NCBI GenBank assembly: GCA_973895155.1
Contig: OZ316897.1
Span: 8,269,832 to 8,333,831, forward strand
Length of the DNA stretch: 64,000 nt
Direction of reading: 5' to 3'
Source: Marsupella aquatica
Lineage: Eukaryota > Plantae > Marchantiophyta
Shown here: piece after piece, positions 1-13,012 of the stretch
Numbering within the stretch: the stretch's first letter is position 1
Layout of the letters: each line of letters opens with the position of its first letter
Program-made: the position numbers and the translations under genes
The notes under the pieces: model-generated
The model's input: the letters and a program-made list of their open reading frames with translations, nothing else
Told to the model about the DNA's origin: nothing
The model's database searches: none

Positions 1-104
1 CATGATACACACATACCCTCCACACCCATTGTGTGGGGAGGGTGGGTTGAACTCAAGACCTCCTGGTTCTAGGCCAATTCCATGGCCAACTAAGCCAGTA
101 ATGT
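1..104 (-). mobile_element. 5' head of a tRNA-derived SINE (continues beyond window start)
   Basis: Minus strand shows A-box TGGCTTAGTTGG (97-86) and B-box GAGTTCAACCC (54-44), followed by a CCCTCC..GGAGGG hairpin and a GT-rich tract. It aligns by eye with the element at 58426-58716. Confidence 0.7.
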
Positions 105-1447
105 TAGAGCCACCATTTCTAATTTCATGACAATGCTGGCCAAACAGAACCATGTAGACCTGGTGGGTTTCGCTGAACTGTCAAGCTCTGATTCTGTTTC
201 CTACTAGGCTAATTCTGGCTGATGGGTTCTGTGACTAGGTGGGAAACTTCTATTATGTACCTAACTGCAAACAAACAAAAAGCGCCCAACCGGTAGACAG
301 GACCCGAGACAGGACCCCATGCATGGGCAAAACTCCCAATCAAAGGGGGGCAACCAAGGAGCCAAAATTATAGTTAGCCCATGGGGCCCAGGAAGAAGCG
401 CACCACAAAACAACTAGGAGAAGAAGACCTTAAATTGTACCTAGCTATGAACACACTAGAGAGCCTGGTAGAGCTCTGGAGTGCACTGCATAGGATAGTG
501 AAGCAAAGGAATCTGGCTAGACGCCCTAGAACCAGCAGCCTTACCCTCCAAAGAAAGTTAAAATAATGCCTGAGCCCTCTGAAGTGCAATGGACACACAC
601 TGTTGTAAAAGGCCGTGATGATGGACAGGGGGCGGGGGGGGGGAGAAAGCCCTCCACTCTACATAATGTACTCCACAAGATTGGAAGAAATGGTTGAAAG
701 TTGGGAATTAAACTGGCTAATGGGAGACAGAAAACCTAACAAAATTTTGTCAAATGTGGCAAAAAGACATGTGGCTCTAGTTGGCCCATACGTCGGTAGC
801 CAAAACCCTTAAGAAAACCCCGAAGACCCCACCCTACGAAGACTGTAAATGTGGGTTGATCAGTTTAGTGTATGCTTGCGTGAATAGAGGTTGTCCAATT
901 TTATTGAAGGTCCTAAAGTGCAAGATTCCTGAGGCCGGAATGTGGCCTGTAATGTATTCAAAATGTTTTGTACAATAATCAACCTTTGTTAAACTTGCCC
1001 TACTATAGTGAAATGTAGTAATGGGACCATAGAGAAGAGGGGGGCCAATGGAAGAGAAATATAACGAGTGCAAAGTGTTAAAGCATGGCCTTCTTTGGTA
1101 TATGACACATTATGGCATTCACATTTTTGGAGGCTTGGCTCTCAAATATAGCAGGATGTTGGAAAAAAGGTCAATTCATCAGTTGTGCAATCCCATCCCT
1201 CCCCCCACCATTACCATTATCAAAAACCAACAATAAAACCAATTCTGGGCACTAGTGTTCACCCTTCACAAAGTAGCAAGGTTACTTGTCATAGTCTTTT
1301 CATAAACCATAAAACACTTAAAAAGCGTTTTATAATGTTCATGTGATCCAGTGCAATGGTTCCCAGTCATTTCAAGTACGTAAAAGGACTTAGTGAGCTT
1401 AGTCCTATAAGGTTCAGTCTAAATTGCCCTGGTTTTTACTAGTGACA

Positions 1448-1715
1448 GGAACACACGAGAGCTTTACTACACTCTAGGCCCCAGTCTAGGCCCGTCGGTC
1501 ATACCAAGTCTTCGCAATACAAGTTCTTCCTATCTCTCAAATGTCTCCGTAAAATGACCCTAAGTTCCCCCTATTCAAACAAACCCTGCTTGGGGATATA
1601 GTGTGCAACTTACATGGCTGACCTAACCAAGTCCACAACTATGGTTTGTCATAACTACAGTTCACACTCATGCCCCAAGTCGTTCCTCTAGACCTTAGAG
1701 TAAAAATGCCTAACA
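1448..1715 (-). repeat. LTR-like dispersed repeat, copy 1 (homologous to 21251-21487)
   Basis: The minus strand begins TGTTAGGCATTTTTACTCTAAGGTCTAG. It shares collinear blocks with the copy at 21251 (GTTGCACACTAT, TTGAGAGATAGG, TAGAGTG.AGTAAAG). No TSD was found. Confidence 0.6.
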
Positions 1716-4352
1716 CAAACTTGCTTTTTCTAAATGTGGGGGGGGGGGGGGGGATTCAAATTTAGAAATTTGAAATTTGAAAATAATGTATATACAGTTT
1801 GTTACATCAAATGCTCATAACATTTGATGTAACAAATGATTTGAATCACAAGAACTCTATAATATTTTGTTAGTTATGTATAAAATTTCCATCATTATTA
1901 TTTTTTGCACCAGCCAAGATGACATACAACAGTTATTGTTGTTGGTGGTGATTTGTTAGTTAGCTAAATACTCCCATTCAAAATCTTCCCTTATCCAACC
2001 TCCTGGTGAAATGATGCAAAGAAAGTAAAGGGAACAAATATTCATACTTAATATCTATAAACTGGTGGGTCCCACATATTTCCCTCATAGATTTTGTTGA
2101 GGCATTTGCCAGTTGAAGGACCCACTCTAAAAATACAGAAAAGAAATCACTCACTGTTGGGATTTGAGGCACGCCCAATTATTTGTTTTTAGGGTTGGGC
2201 GGGTGGCATGATGCTTTGACAATACCAACAAGGTGCTTTTCATGATGTTTGTGGCTGAACTATAGCACAACCATAGGCCAGGATTTTGGAATGGACTTGT
2301 CATGGGGGTCCATAATAAGGTGTGAAAATAAGTTTCTACAATATGGCTGCCTACAATAGGTTCGACACCATTAACACTTTGTTCACCCAAATGATTATTA
2401 AAATCCTCAATGACGCTAACAAAATATTTTGGGGTCCTCGAAAATCCTAAAAATAATTTTGTGAGGTGAAGCATAAGAATATTCTAAGCATCCTGGTATA
2501 ATAAATTGGGGGATTTTTTTGTTTAAAAGAAAACGAAAAATATTTAGGGGTAATTGTGAAAGCTGGGAATATTTGTGATAGAAATCCTAGCATTGGGGTG
2601 TAGGAATTTTGGGTGCATAGATAGTTTTACATGAACAATAAAAGCAGGAGAATAACATTCGTCTTTATTTTATAGAATTGGAAATAAGAAAAGTGAACCC
2701 ATGGTACCTACCGTATTGCTACATGCTGTAGCAAGTCTGCAGCAACTTTGTTGTATTTTTTAGCATTTTATACACTGTTCACTTCTGCTACTCTCATGTT
2801 ACGAATATCATTTTGTACAGTAAAAGCTGTTTTGCATCTCTCCCCATACTCTTCACGTGTAAACCCCCCTTTCTAAATGGGCAACTTTACTGCAGGAAAT
2901 TAAAGACCTCAAAAAGTTTAAAAAAAAACACCGTATGACAGAGGCAAGGCCTGCGCCCACTGTCTTTCTTTTGGCCAAGTCCAAGCTTACTCAAAAGCAA
3001 TTCATTTTCCTACATCATTCATATAAATACAATAATCTATCAAATAATGGTTTATCTTGCCTGCAAAACAATTGCACGAGTCTCATGAGAGGTTTCCTCT
3101 TTCCAACAAAAAGATGTTGTATGTTATTAATTCCCATCTTTCTTCCCCCATCCAGGATGCAACACATATTCTTATATACACATATATGAGAGCTGCATTC
3201 AAGTTTTGAATTGGGGCAGCCTTGCATTGTGATGGCCCTAAGAACTAAAGCAGACCTAAATATGACAATGGAAACTGGTCGTGAGGGTATTGTGGCCTAT
3301 AGATAGTTTGGGCTGCTCAGTTGTATGTTGTTTCATGGAATGTAATCCTCGAAACCTTTGAGGAAAAACAAGATTTGTCGTACTTGCTTGCAGCGTAAGT
3401 CCTTGAGGTGACGCCCTAAGAAGCCACTATGGAGAGGATGCAAATTATGCACTCTCTAACTTGCCAGCCCTAAAAACTTAGAAGACTATTTTTAATTTGT
3501 TTTGAAATCGGTATCTTTAATAATCAACTGGAAAACAGGAGTACATGCGACCACAACACAAGGAAAATGTACATCAAAGGCACTCAATCAGAAAGAGTGA
3601 ACAGTAGATGTAAGAAGACTCCCACCTCTCTGCTACCGAGCCCAGCCGGGAGCGAGTATAGCCTGACCAGCCTTCCAGCCCAGTTTTTTACCCCCAACCA
3701 TGTCCTGGTCTGTGCACCCCAATGTTGCCTTGAATGAGGGTTTCACTTCAAGAAATGACACATCACAAGCAATCAAGCATAGGGTCATTTTATAGTCCTA
3801 AGGAAAGGATTGAAACTGTAAGTTTCAAAACATTATAGCAGTTTAAACCCAATTTTGAGACTTATAAAAAAGATAGGGTTTAAAAGAACCAATTTAAAGA
3901 ATATTCCAAAAAATTCCAAATCTGGGGTAAAACAATTCCTGCTGAAAACTATTTTTCTTAAATTTTTGGGGTCCACAAGCCAGGCCTAAAATGTTGCAAA
4001 TGATGGGGGATGTCTCTATTGTGAGACCCCCAAAAATGTTGCTACCCAGGATTTTTCCATCCCAAGCTAGGCAGGCAGTCCTGTGCGACACAACCTACCA
4101 GGATACAACCCAGCAAGACCAATCAACGACCATGGTGGGCCCATGCAGCCTCTCAGTTTGGATCGAATGTCTGCTCTGGCAAGTGCTTGCGACGCACTTA
4201 AAGGTGTATGTGAGTGTGAAAGACAGGACAGGTGGGGAAGCTTGTCGGATCCTTCACTAACTTGGATGCCCCTCCATTTCACCGGCTTGCCAAACTCTCT
4301 GATAGGGCGGCTGTTTGGTGTGCATAGGAGGGGGTCATTGTAATGTGCGAGT

Positions 4353-4612
4353 AAACAGTACAACTTTTCCTCGCATGAGCAAATTGTTTTCTCACATGAC
4401 CCCTAATTTTTCTATATCCCAACTGCAGGCCCCGCTAACAAAAACCTGGTTGATAACATACATTTTTGGGACTCCTCTTTTTGCTAGCGAACTTGCTAGC
4501 CATCTGGAGGCATAAAAAAACACAAAATATATAAAGGAAGCAACAAGCAAAAGAAATTTAAGACCACTCGTGTCTCACTAACAACACTCTCATAACAAAA
4601 TTACTGTTTGCT
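4353..4612 (+). repeat. Dispersed ~260-bp repeat, copy 1 (homologous to 27997-28257)
   Basis: Shared blocks TTTCTCACATG.CCCCTAATTTTTCTAT, AACATACATTT.TGGGACTCCTCTTTTTGCTA and GCTAGCCATCTGGAG. Confidence 0.75.
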
Positions 4613-7600
4613 CTCATTCTACAATACTTCCATAGGAGGCTATCCCATCCCTAACAAAATTTCTCTTATCCCTAACAAAAGTAGGGTTTGCTCGCCTTAT
4701 ACAATACTTCCATAGAGGGTGGCAGTGCTCCTCTACCAGAAACTAAAGCAACCTCACACAAGTTACCACAACCAAGTCATAGACACAAATTAAGCAAAGT
4801 GGTCGAAATTCTGAGACATGCAAGAGGAGACGACACACGTCAACACCCAGAAACAAGGGAATGTGAGGGAGCAGAATGGGATGTTTTACTTTTCAATAGA
4901 GAAGCATGAGAGGGAGATATAAAGGGTAGTAGAGCACGGCAAGAAAAGGCACCAGCTAGTGGGTAAAATGCAGCGTTCGCCATGATGCAGAAGGGGACCA
5001 AGACCCGGGACCAGATGATGCGGACCTTAGCACCAGAAGATTTTGACGAAGTCGATGCGCCTACCACCCGTCAGCTCACTGTAGCCTAGGTAGAATCTTC
5101 TTCCAATCCAGCAAGATACAAGCCAGGAGAGAAAGCCAAATCTTAATTGCAGTAGTGACGGCAGATCCTTCGGAGCATTCAGGCTAAGACAACATGCAAG
5201 TTCATTGCAGAGTTCCACTGTCTGGGTTTTTTGGACAATTATTGGTATGAAAGCGCGGATGAAGGGGACGATGACATGCGAGACTCTTCTTACGTGCTTC
5301 GTACACTTCTGCAAGATTGTTCTATTTCTCCTAGCTTCCTGTTAGGCAAATCAAGTTTTTGATGCGAAGGGCTGCACCTAGCTTAGAACCTTCTGTCTAA
5401 GAGTCCGAGCATGGAATGTACTTCAGGCCTTGCATGATCTGTCCATTAGAAGGTTTTTTTGAAAGGGGCATTCAATCCGCCCATGATCAAGCTGTGCGTT
5501 CGATGCGAAGAGCACCTTACGCTCTATGATTCGGGTTATGAGTAAGAGTCGGAAAAATTCAATGAGTTTTTTCGAGGCAAAAAGATAAGTCCGAAAAATG
5601 GAAAATATGGTAGGTCGTACATGATCGATATGGGTTCTCAAACCTCCAAACTTGACGTATCTAAACTTCTTGGTTAAGGACAGAAAAAGTTTACGACTAC
5701 CACATTCATATTCCCTAACTTTTTGGCCTGACAGAAAAAGTACTAAGCTATGGACTACCAAATTCATAATACATAAGTTTTTTGTCATAACGACTGATCA
5801 TATGCCATGATTACAAGTTACCATAAAGGTTTATAAGAAAAACTTTAAGAACCTAATTACACAACCCTGAGAAAAAAGTTATGGTGGGGGATTGAGGCCA
5901 ACTGGTCACAACTGTCGCAGATCTGTCTGGCGTGGAATTAAAAACCTGACACGTAGGGAAATCAATTGAACTTGAGGCCTAGTGGTCACAAGTCACCCGT
6001 GACCAATTGCCCATCAAAAGGTTTGATAAGGCCTGCTTCATAGTTCTCGAAACATTGAGCTATAGTATATATGGAAGCTAATTAGAAAATGCATGCGACA
6101 GATCTGCAGTCGATGCAATTGATTGTAACGTCTATGGTCCCACCTCTGTGTTTACTTTGTTGATAATTTTCGTCATTGTAAATCAATCCAGAAGATGTGT
6201 AGCTCGACTGTATCCCAACACACGCTGCTAAGAATTATAAGCATTGATTAAGCGAACATGCTATCTTAGAGCTCTACTGTACTTCTTTACCTCGAGCACC
6301 ACATCTGGTGCTCGAGCCTTTCCCAAATAGCCAAATCTCTCATGTTCGAATTCCTTGGTCCCCTTTCGTATGATCGATTTCTAAATGATAAGTTTTCCAA
6401 TATCTTGTCGGGCTTGCTGAGAAGTTCATTGCTTTTGCCTAACTAGCGGACGTCATGACTTTCATCGCTTTCTTGTCTGGTCGTTTCAGCACGAATGTGT
6501 CAAGACGACAAGATCCTGACATTCAGTGCTTCTCAATTCATGTCCCAGAAGTTCCCACTCCGACCGTGTTCTAATTAACTTAGGATACTACAATCGAGCC
6601 GGTTGGTAAATCTGAAGCGAGATCTGAGTAGCAGACCACCTGTGCCGGGTTTGTTGTCGACATTAAAGCTCTGACTAGGTAGCTTGGTACAAACAGTGAT
6701 ATTGGCTCGATACTGATACATGCTCAGTGTTGCCCCCCACTTGAACGACTATGCACAAATTAGAATGCATTCTCTATACGACATAAAATTAGGCAAACTG
6801 TTTATGTTATTGGCTCGGCTCCAAGGTGGCTGATATTGATTAGAAAAGGCCGCTGTGATCGGATATATTTATCGACCAAATACACGAAAAGGAGCATCTC
6901 CACCAGTTATCGGGGTTAGGCTGAATCTAGTAACACTCAATCAATTGTCAAGCCACATTTATTTTGCACATTTATTCTGCTGGTTTACTTGTTACTGAAA
7001 CTAGATTTGATATTATGATTTGATGGGCACTACAGAACTTTAACTTTTACTTGGTTTGATTGGTGGGTTTCCCAAGATATCGATAAATGTGCACATTCAA
7101 GGAGTAGTGGCTAACCCTTTATTGAACCCTGTTCAAGCCATATAGTAAAACTCGTTTTAATAGTGTGTACGTGTCAGTACTGGGTTTTTGTGTAAAACGT
7201 AACTATAATTAGCGAGTGTCAGTACTGGCAAAAAAATGCACAGCGTCAAGACACCTGTGGAGACTCAAGATCTGTGGTGAATACGAACTTGGTAAATGAC
7301 ATGAGCGGATGTACTAAGCATAGGTACAAAATGGCGAGTAGGTAGGGCATAAGGTAAGAATCGAGATCTCATCAAACACTAAAAGTCACGGCTACAATCA
7401 TTTTGGCCCTACCAATCTAACACCTGTCGTTTGAGCTTCTTACTTAGCTCCCATTTCCTCGAGGTCCGAAACTGTGCTTGGAAATGGCACTCTCGGCCGG
7501 TTGAGGCCAGCAGAGGACTTTAGGCAGCCTGTGGGTCGTACATGCATGCAGCGCAACTACAGCCGGGAGCCCATCTGGTCTTGTGATGAAGAGTGTGGTC

Positions 7601-9679
7601 TTCTACCATAACTATCATTCTGGAAAGTTACACTGCTCAACTCTCCCGTCGGTTTCGACGACTGAGATCCGATACGCATTGCACGGAACAAATTGAATAA
7701 TTGTAGCGATTTATGGGGTTGCATGTAGAGAGGGCCTGTTGCTGACTGCGTACAGTGTTCCATTTCGCGTTGATGTCTTTTTTTTTTTGGTTGCCTTGAA
7801 AGAACCAATACATTCGCGTTGCGTTGATGTCTTGACTCGCCATCTTTCTGAAATCTGAATTGTACTTTGTCAATTGCGAGCGATGTCTTGACCTTAGTGT
7901 TACAATCTCATGGCTGTCGAATGGCAATGAAAGCATCTTCTGCTCTATCAATTGGGCTTGGATTGATTTTACTGAAGCTAATGCCACTGCTGCTCCATAG
8001 ATGTTCCATGCCATTTGCAGTGGTGCTAGGAGGCCTTGCGCTTCGGATGATGCTCTCGAAGAATCTACGAGGATTCTGTTGTGTGGTGCAAGTCACATCC
8101 TAACGCGAAGACGTGGTTGGTAATGAGTCTCGCTCTTTGATTTGTCAGCTTGGAATCTCGTCTAAATGATAGGCTAGCATTTTGTTGAGGTGTGAGACTA
8201 GAACTGACTGGAATTTCCTAAAAACAGACAGCGCATTGATTCGCAGCATTTTCATCGAGAGCGGCTTGATTCGCGGTTTGTTGTGTCCAGCTCCTCGAAG
8301 TACGAATCTTATCTTGGAAACCCACCTGAACAATTGTATATGTAAGTGTCCTTCTGAACCGGAAGGTTACAGAAGGCATTTTTGGCCTTCAAACATTTAC
8401 CAGCTCGACAGAAGGCAAATGGGTTACGTTACTACGGTAGGGAAGCGTTTGAGAAAGTTGCTGCGGACGAAAGCTTGTACAGATGTATGTCTGTCTCCAG
8501 ATTCCTAGCCGGGTTATCGGCACGGTAATAAAAAGCTGTTCAGTTGACTTTTTCCGAGTAGTTCCGCATGCAATGCAAAGTTGCAGACACAGCTAGCGCA
8601 CAGCACACCTTTTTGAGGCACCTATTAATGGTTCTCACTCTAGGAGTACGAGGCTCCTCCATGGCTCCATTTCAATTCAATGCTCTTGATAGCTTTCTCT
8701 TTGGCCAATGATAAGGACATTGATTGGGACAAAGTCAGATGAAACACAACAGCTGGGGTTCATACACACTTTCATAGCCATTCTACTTCTTGTCTGTAAA
8801 GCTTTCTCCTCGAGACAAAAACAATAAGCATAGCAAAGCCAGTGTACATGTCCCACCCTACATCTGCCCCAGGCCTGTGTGCCGTCTACTGTCCAGCCAC
8901 TATTTTAGCAGCTTGACACACGATCGAGAAGCTTGGGATTGAAATATTGTGCTAGGTTTGGGTCAGTAATGTAAGCTGATGACATTCTGTGTATGTGTTT
9001 TCGAACTTGGCTGGGTAAAGAACAGTATGGCAAAGTAATCGGTGGCATATATGAAAAGCAACGTCCTGGGTTACTGGATGGTAGGTGCAACGCTTGCAAG
9101 CAAGCCAGAATAGCCTAATCAGAAAATCCTGCAAGGCTGGCTAGCGAGCGCTTTTGTCAGTCAATCATAGTGGATCGTCATCTGCTTTGTCGGGCTGTAG
9201 CATATTATATTACAGAATCGAAGAACGTTTAAAATGACTTGTCAGGACCTCTCCCTGCCTGCGACTGAATGCTTACGAACATTCTACCGAAGTCAGCCAA
9301 CGATGCCTTGCTTAGACCAGTTCTACGAGATGCGCCAAACACGAATTACCAAGCTACAGCTCGCTGCAATGTTTGTTTGAACTTGACCTAAACAAGTTGT
9401 CCTTGCACAGCTCTCGCAAAATAATAGCAGACTCATTTGTACTAAAACGAAGATCCATTAAGCGGGGCATCCCCAAGGCATGATCGTCACGACTTGTGTT
9501 TTTGTCTCTGGTGTTTACTTTTCCGCACCCACCTTAGGATTAAGGACGAAAGGCAAGATCGAGGCGGCAAGATCGAGGCTAATCAATGCAATTAACCTTT
9601 ATTAACCCCGTACGTGACTACCGGCTGCCCAGTATTTCTAACATTAATATCTAGTTAAATACCAAGAGCAAATCAACAT

Positions 9680-10180
9680 GGACACCCCCAAGGCTAGCTG
9701 GTAGAGGAGCTCCTTTGGGATGGACCAGGTCCCAGATTCGAATCTGATCAATGACAGTAAGAGCTTTTGTCATTCACCCCACCCAAAAGTGGGGATCATT
9801 CATACTCTAGTTACACTTAGAAAAAGTGTGACATCAAAAAATAGTCGGGTAACGAGCGGGCAGCCGGAGGCTCATTATGAGCCTCGATCTTGTCTTTCGT
9901 CCTGAATACCTTAGGACTGTGTCCTTTCCTTTAGATGGGGATTGCATTGATTAGCTCAGGTTCGAATCTGATCAATGACAGTAAGAGCTTTTGTCATTCA
10001 CCCCACCCAAAAGTGGGGATCATTCATACTCTAGTTACACTTAGAAAAAGTGTGACATCAAAAAATAGTCGGGTAGCGAGCGGGCAGCCGGAGGCTCATT
10101 ATGAGCCTCATCTTGTCTTTCGTCCTGAATACCTTAGGACTGTGTCCTTTCCTTTAGATGGGGATTGCATTGATTAGCTC
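9680..10180 (+). mobile_element. SINE-like element with internal 224-bp tandem duplication
   Basis: A-box-like AGGCTAGCTGG (~9691-9701) and B-box-like AGATTCGAATC (9734-9744). Near-identical copies lie at 9737-9957 and 9961-10180; the second begins with a consensus B-box GGTTCGAATC. Confidence 0.55.
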
Positions 10181-11338
10181 GTAGCTGCCCTCACGATATA
10201 TCAAAGATATCTCATGGCATTTTGGCCATGGAGTTCAAGCAACTGGGTTTAGGAATGGAAATGAAAGGAACGCTGTCCTGGTATGAATCTTTTGGGAACG
10301 TTCTTTCATAGCTCGCATGTCATATGCACGCTCGCTGGCAAAGCTACCCATACGAATTGCGCGCGATGTACGTACACAAGTGTTTGAATGGGAGTTCCAA
10401 TTTCTCGTCCAAATAAATAGTGGGCCCTCCGCGAATTTTGCCTGCAAACTATGTATGGATATTTCCAGCTAAATGATTGCAGAGCTCGAGATATTCAACT
10501 GCGCCTGATCGCGGTGAACGTTCAGCTGCACGTGTTGCGCCATGCCAGTAAGTTGCTGAACTTTAAAACCACACTGTATTTACAAACATGATATACGCGA
10601 TCTACGCCATCAATTCCTCGACCCGTATAGACGCGAATTAGGGGTAAACGCTACGCAGTCAAGAAAGTAATTCATGGTACGCTCTTGACAGAATTCAAAA
10701 CTTGACACAAGGGAGGGTTCACACATCTCACAACATAATATCACAACGTACAGTCCGTTCCAGGCTGCTGCAGAGACGTGACAAATGTCTTAAAACCAGA
10801 GACCAGCAAGCTGCTGCAATTGGTCACGTGAAATTAACGTGGTAACGATTAAATAATCGCGAGATACGATGAATTACAAGAATAATGCAATAAATTTTTC
10901 ATAGTACAACACCTGGACAGTACCTCTATGCTATAGTTACTATCCGAGCCTGGCTTTCAAATTATGTATTGATCCAATCCAATGTGATTTCGTGTTGGAT
11001 ATGAGTGTACAAATCACGTTCTATTTGAAACGGTTTCTTCATTGTACTCCATTCACTAGATTAATCTATTCACGAAAAAATGCAGTGCTGAGCAGTATTA
11101 TACTATTATCTCTATATACATCAATTCTCGCTTCACCAATTGTGAGGTGGGTCGTCTCAATTCGACTGTATGATCCAGTTCGTTTCACAAAACACACATC
11201 AAGTCGGACAATTACTATTACCTATCGGCGTCGTTCCCTTCATGGTCTACAATCTGCAATGTCTGTTGGACCGTTCCCTTAATGGTGTACACTATTCAAA
11301 CGCACAGCAGAGTAAAAAGATTTGAAATTCGATCAAGG

Positions 11339-13012
11339 TCAGATCATCTGGACCCAAGTTGCGGTGCTGGGAATTCCGCCGTTCACAACGAAGAGCATGT
11401 AGTAAGCGGCCGGTGCAATCGTCGTGCTAGGAGGTGCTGTCCCATAGATTGTGTATGAATTACCCCCGAGAGGTACCGGGCCTCCAGTGGTAGCAAGAAC
11501 CAGCTGCCGTTGCCCTTGACTGTACGCGTGTGTTGAAAAAGGTGCACTGCTCATAATGAGATTGAGTGTTCCCGTTGGAGGAGTGGCAATGTTGACGTTA
11601 ACCGAGAAGCCATCACCATATCTCAGAGTGTAGGGGGCGTTCGTAATTTGTGGTCTATAGGCATCGTTCGCTGAATCCAGGTATGGTGGCGAGAATGCCT
11701 CCACTCGAAGCTCTGTCGGAAATACTCCAGTGAAAGTGTAGTACATATGGCTGTTGCTGCCAGCGATAAGAATGCGACCGTCGGGAAGAAGATTTGCTGT
11801 CGAATGGTACATGCGAGGAATTGTGGTTGGACTCCAAGTAGTGAAACGGGACCCGACAGCAGCATTTGGGTTGTAATTCACGGGATTTAAGACCGGATCT
11901 GACGCAGCACCCCAGCCCTCAGAACCTCTCTGTGCCCCATTTACTATTAACGTTGTCTGATCGGGAAGCAGGATCATCTCGCCCATAGTGCGTGGTGTTG
12001 GCATGTACTCCATAGACCAAGTCGAGGATGGGTCTGTGGCAACAATGCGGCCGCAGGAGTCAGTGGCTAGATACTGAGGAACCGGGTCTAAGTAAGCTCC
12101 CAGATGAGCACCGCCGCAAATCAAGACCTCAGCGGTCATATATCCATCCGAGGATTGGAGGGGCAACATGACAGAGCTCCCCGCGGAAGGGTAGTTGCGC
12201 GGACCTCCTGGAAGCGTGGGATAAGTGGCGATGGTTGTGTCCGTTGTGTAGTCATACATGATGGACTGGTCATACGCAAATATGAATAGATTGCCATTGG
12301 GGAGAAGATGCACGTACGGGTACAGATTGTCATACTCGTCATCGGTGGTTCTGACCAGCAAATCGAGAATTATGGCGTTCGATCCAGCCGGAGGAACGAA
12401 CTCAATATAGGGAGCGAGTCGGCCTCCGACCAGAATCTGTCGCCCATCAGGTAAGAGCTGGTTGGTTGCATACCATCGAGGCTGCTGGAGGGTGGTAGTT
12501 TCGTCCTCCACCCAATTACAGGTTCCATCTGATTCCGGGCATGGCGTGAAGCGCCGTATCTTCGTGAGCCCGTCGTAGTCCCCTCCCGTTTGGACCAATA
12601 CGCCATTGGCATCGAACTGACCCGAGGAGCACCAAGTATCTGTTAATATGAAGAGAGGGCGAACGCGATTGCTATCCGGGTAGAATTCCACCGAATGCGC
12701 AGTGCAGTCGTTCTTCAATCTCAGGTCATTTGGATCGACGCGGCAGACTCCATTCGGCAGATTTATCTGTGATGGACCTATGTCGGTTCTGTCCAGAAAA
12801 ATGGCCGTGCCATAGTGAGTGATTGCCGTGTGCATCGACGCGATTCCTGCACTGTCCAACAGCAGAGACCAACTTCCCTGCGCGTTCACCTGCGTCAGCA
12901 TTACACCGCCACTCCATAGCTGTAGCAACAAAATGCAGGTCAATGCCGCTGCTCCTCTCTTCCATCTACAAACTCGGCCGTCTGTGAACTGCGCCTCCGA
13001 CGAACCGCGCAT
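11339..13012 (-). CDS. GLOX: Secreted copper-radical aldehyde/glyoxal oxidase (GLOX-like, CAZy AA5_1; Glyoxal_oxid_N plus C-terminal DUF1929 domain), single exon, 557 aa
   Basis: Uninterrupted 557-aa ORF. It has a hydrophobic N-terminal signal segment (AAALTCILLLQLW...VNAQ) and a GIASMH motif. The copper-radical active-site residues appear in their family motifs: TWCSSG (Cys), RWYAT (cross-linked Tyr), RMYHS (Tyr/His ligands) and STHAYSQGQR (His). The C-terminus is the typical YMLFVVNGGIPS..WV. Confidence 0.95.
   Translation of the reverse strand: MRGSSEAQFTDGRVCRWKRGAAALTCILLLQLWSGGVMLTQVNAQGSWSLLLDSAGIASMHTAITHYGTAIFLDRTDIGPSQINLPNGVCRVDPNDLRLKNDCTAHSVEFYPDSNRVRPLFILTDTWCSSGQFDANGVLVQTGGDYDGLTKIRRFTPCPESDGTCNWVEDETTTLQQPRWYATNQLLPDGRQILVGGRLAPYIEFVPPAGSNAIILDLLVRTTDDEYDNLYPYVHLLPNGNLFIFAYDQSIMYDYTTDTTIATYPTLPGGPRNYPSAGSSVMLPLQSSDGYMTAEVLICGGAHLGAYLDPVPQYLATDSCGRIVATDPSSTWSMEYMPTPRTMGEMILLPDQTTLIVNGAQRGSEGWGAASDPVLNPVNYNPNAAVGSRFTTWSPTTIPRMYHSTANLLPDGRILIAGSNSHMYYTFTGVFPTELRVEAFSPPYLDSANDAYRPQITNAPYTLRYGDGFSVNVNIATPPTGTLNLIMSSAPFSTHAYSQGQRQLVLATTGGPVPLGGNSYTIYGTAPPSTTIAPAAYYMLFVVNGGIPSTATWVQMI

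Noticed and set aside
44-97. tRNA gene (also considered at 9690-9745 and 58648-58716)
   Set aside because: A and B boxes are present, but there is no cloverleaf or acceptor stem. The TSD and tail features of the 58.7-kb copy point to SINEs.
2709-2935. pogo-like MITE (TACCGTATT...ACACCGTA)
   Set aside because: The terminal match is too short and imperfect to support a call.
7557-8508. Cluster of 60-125-aa ORFs as a gene or pseudogene
   Set aside because: No recognisable motifs and no consistent exon chain could be built.
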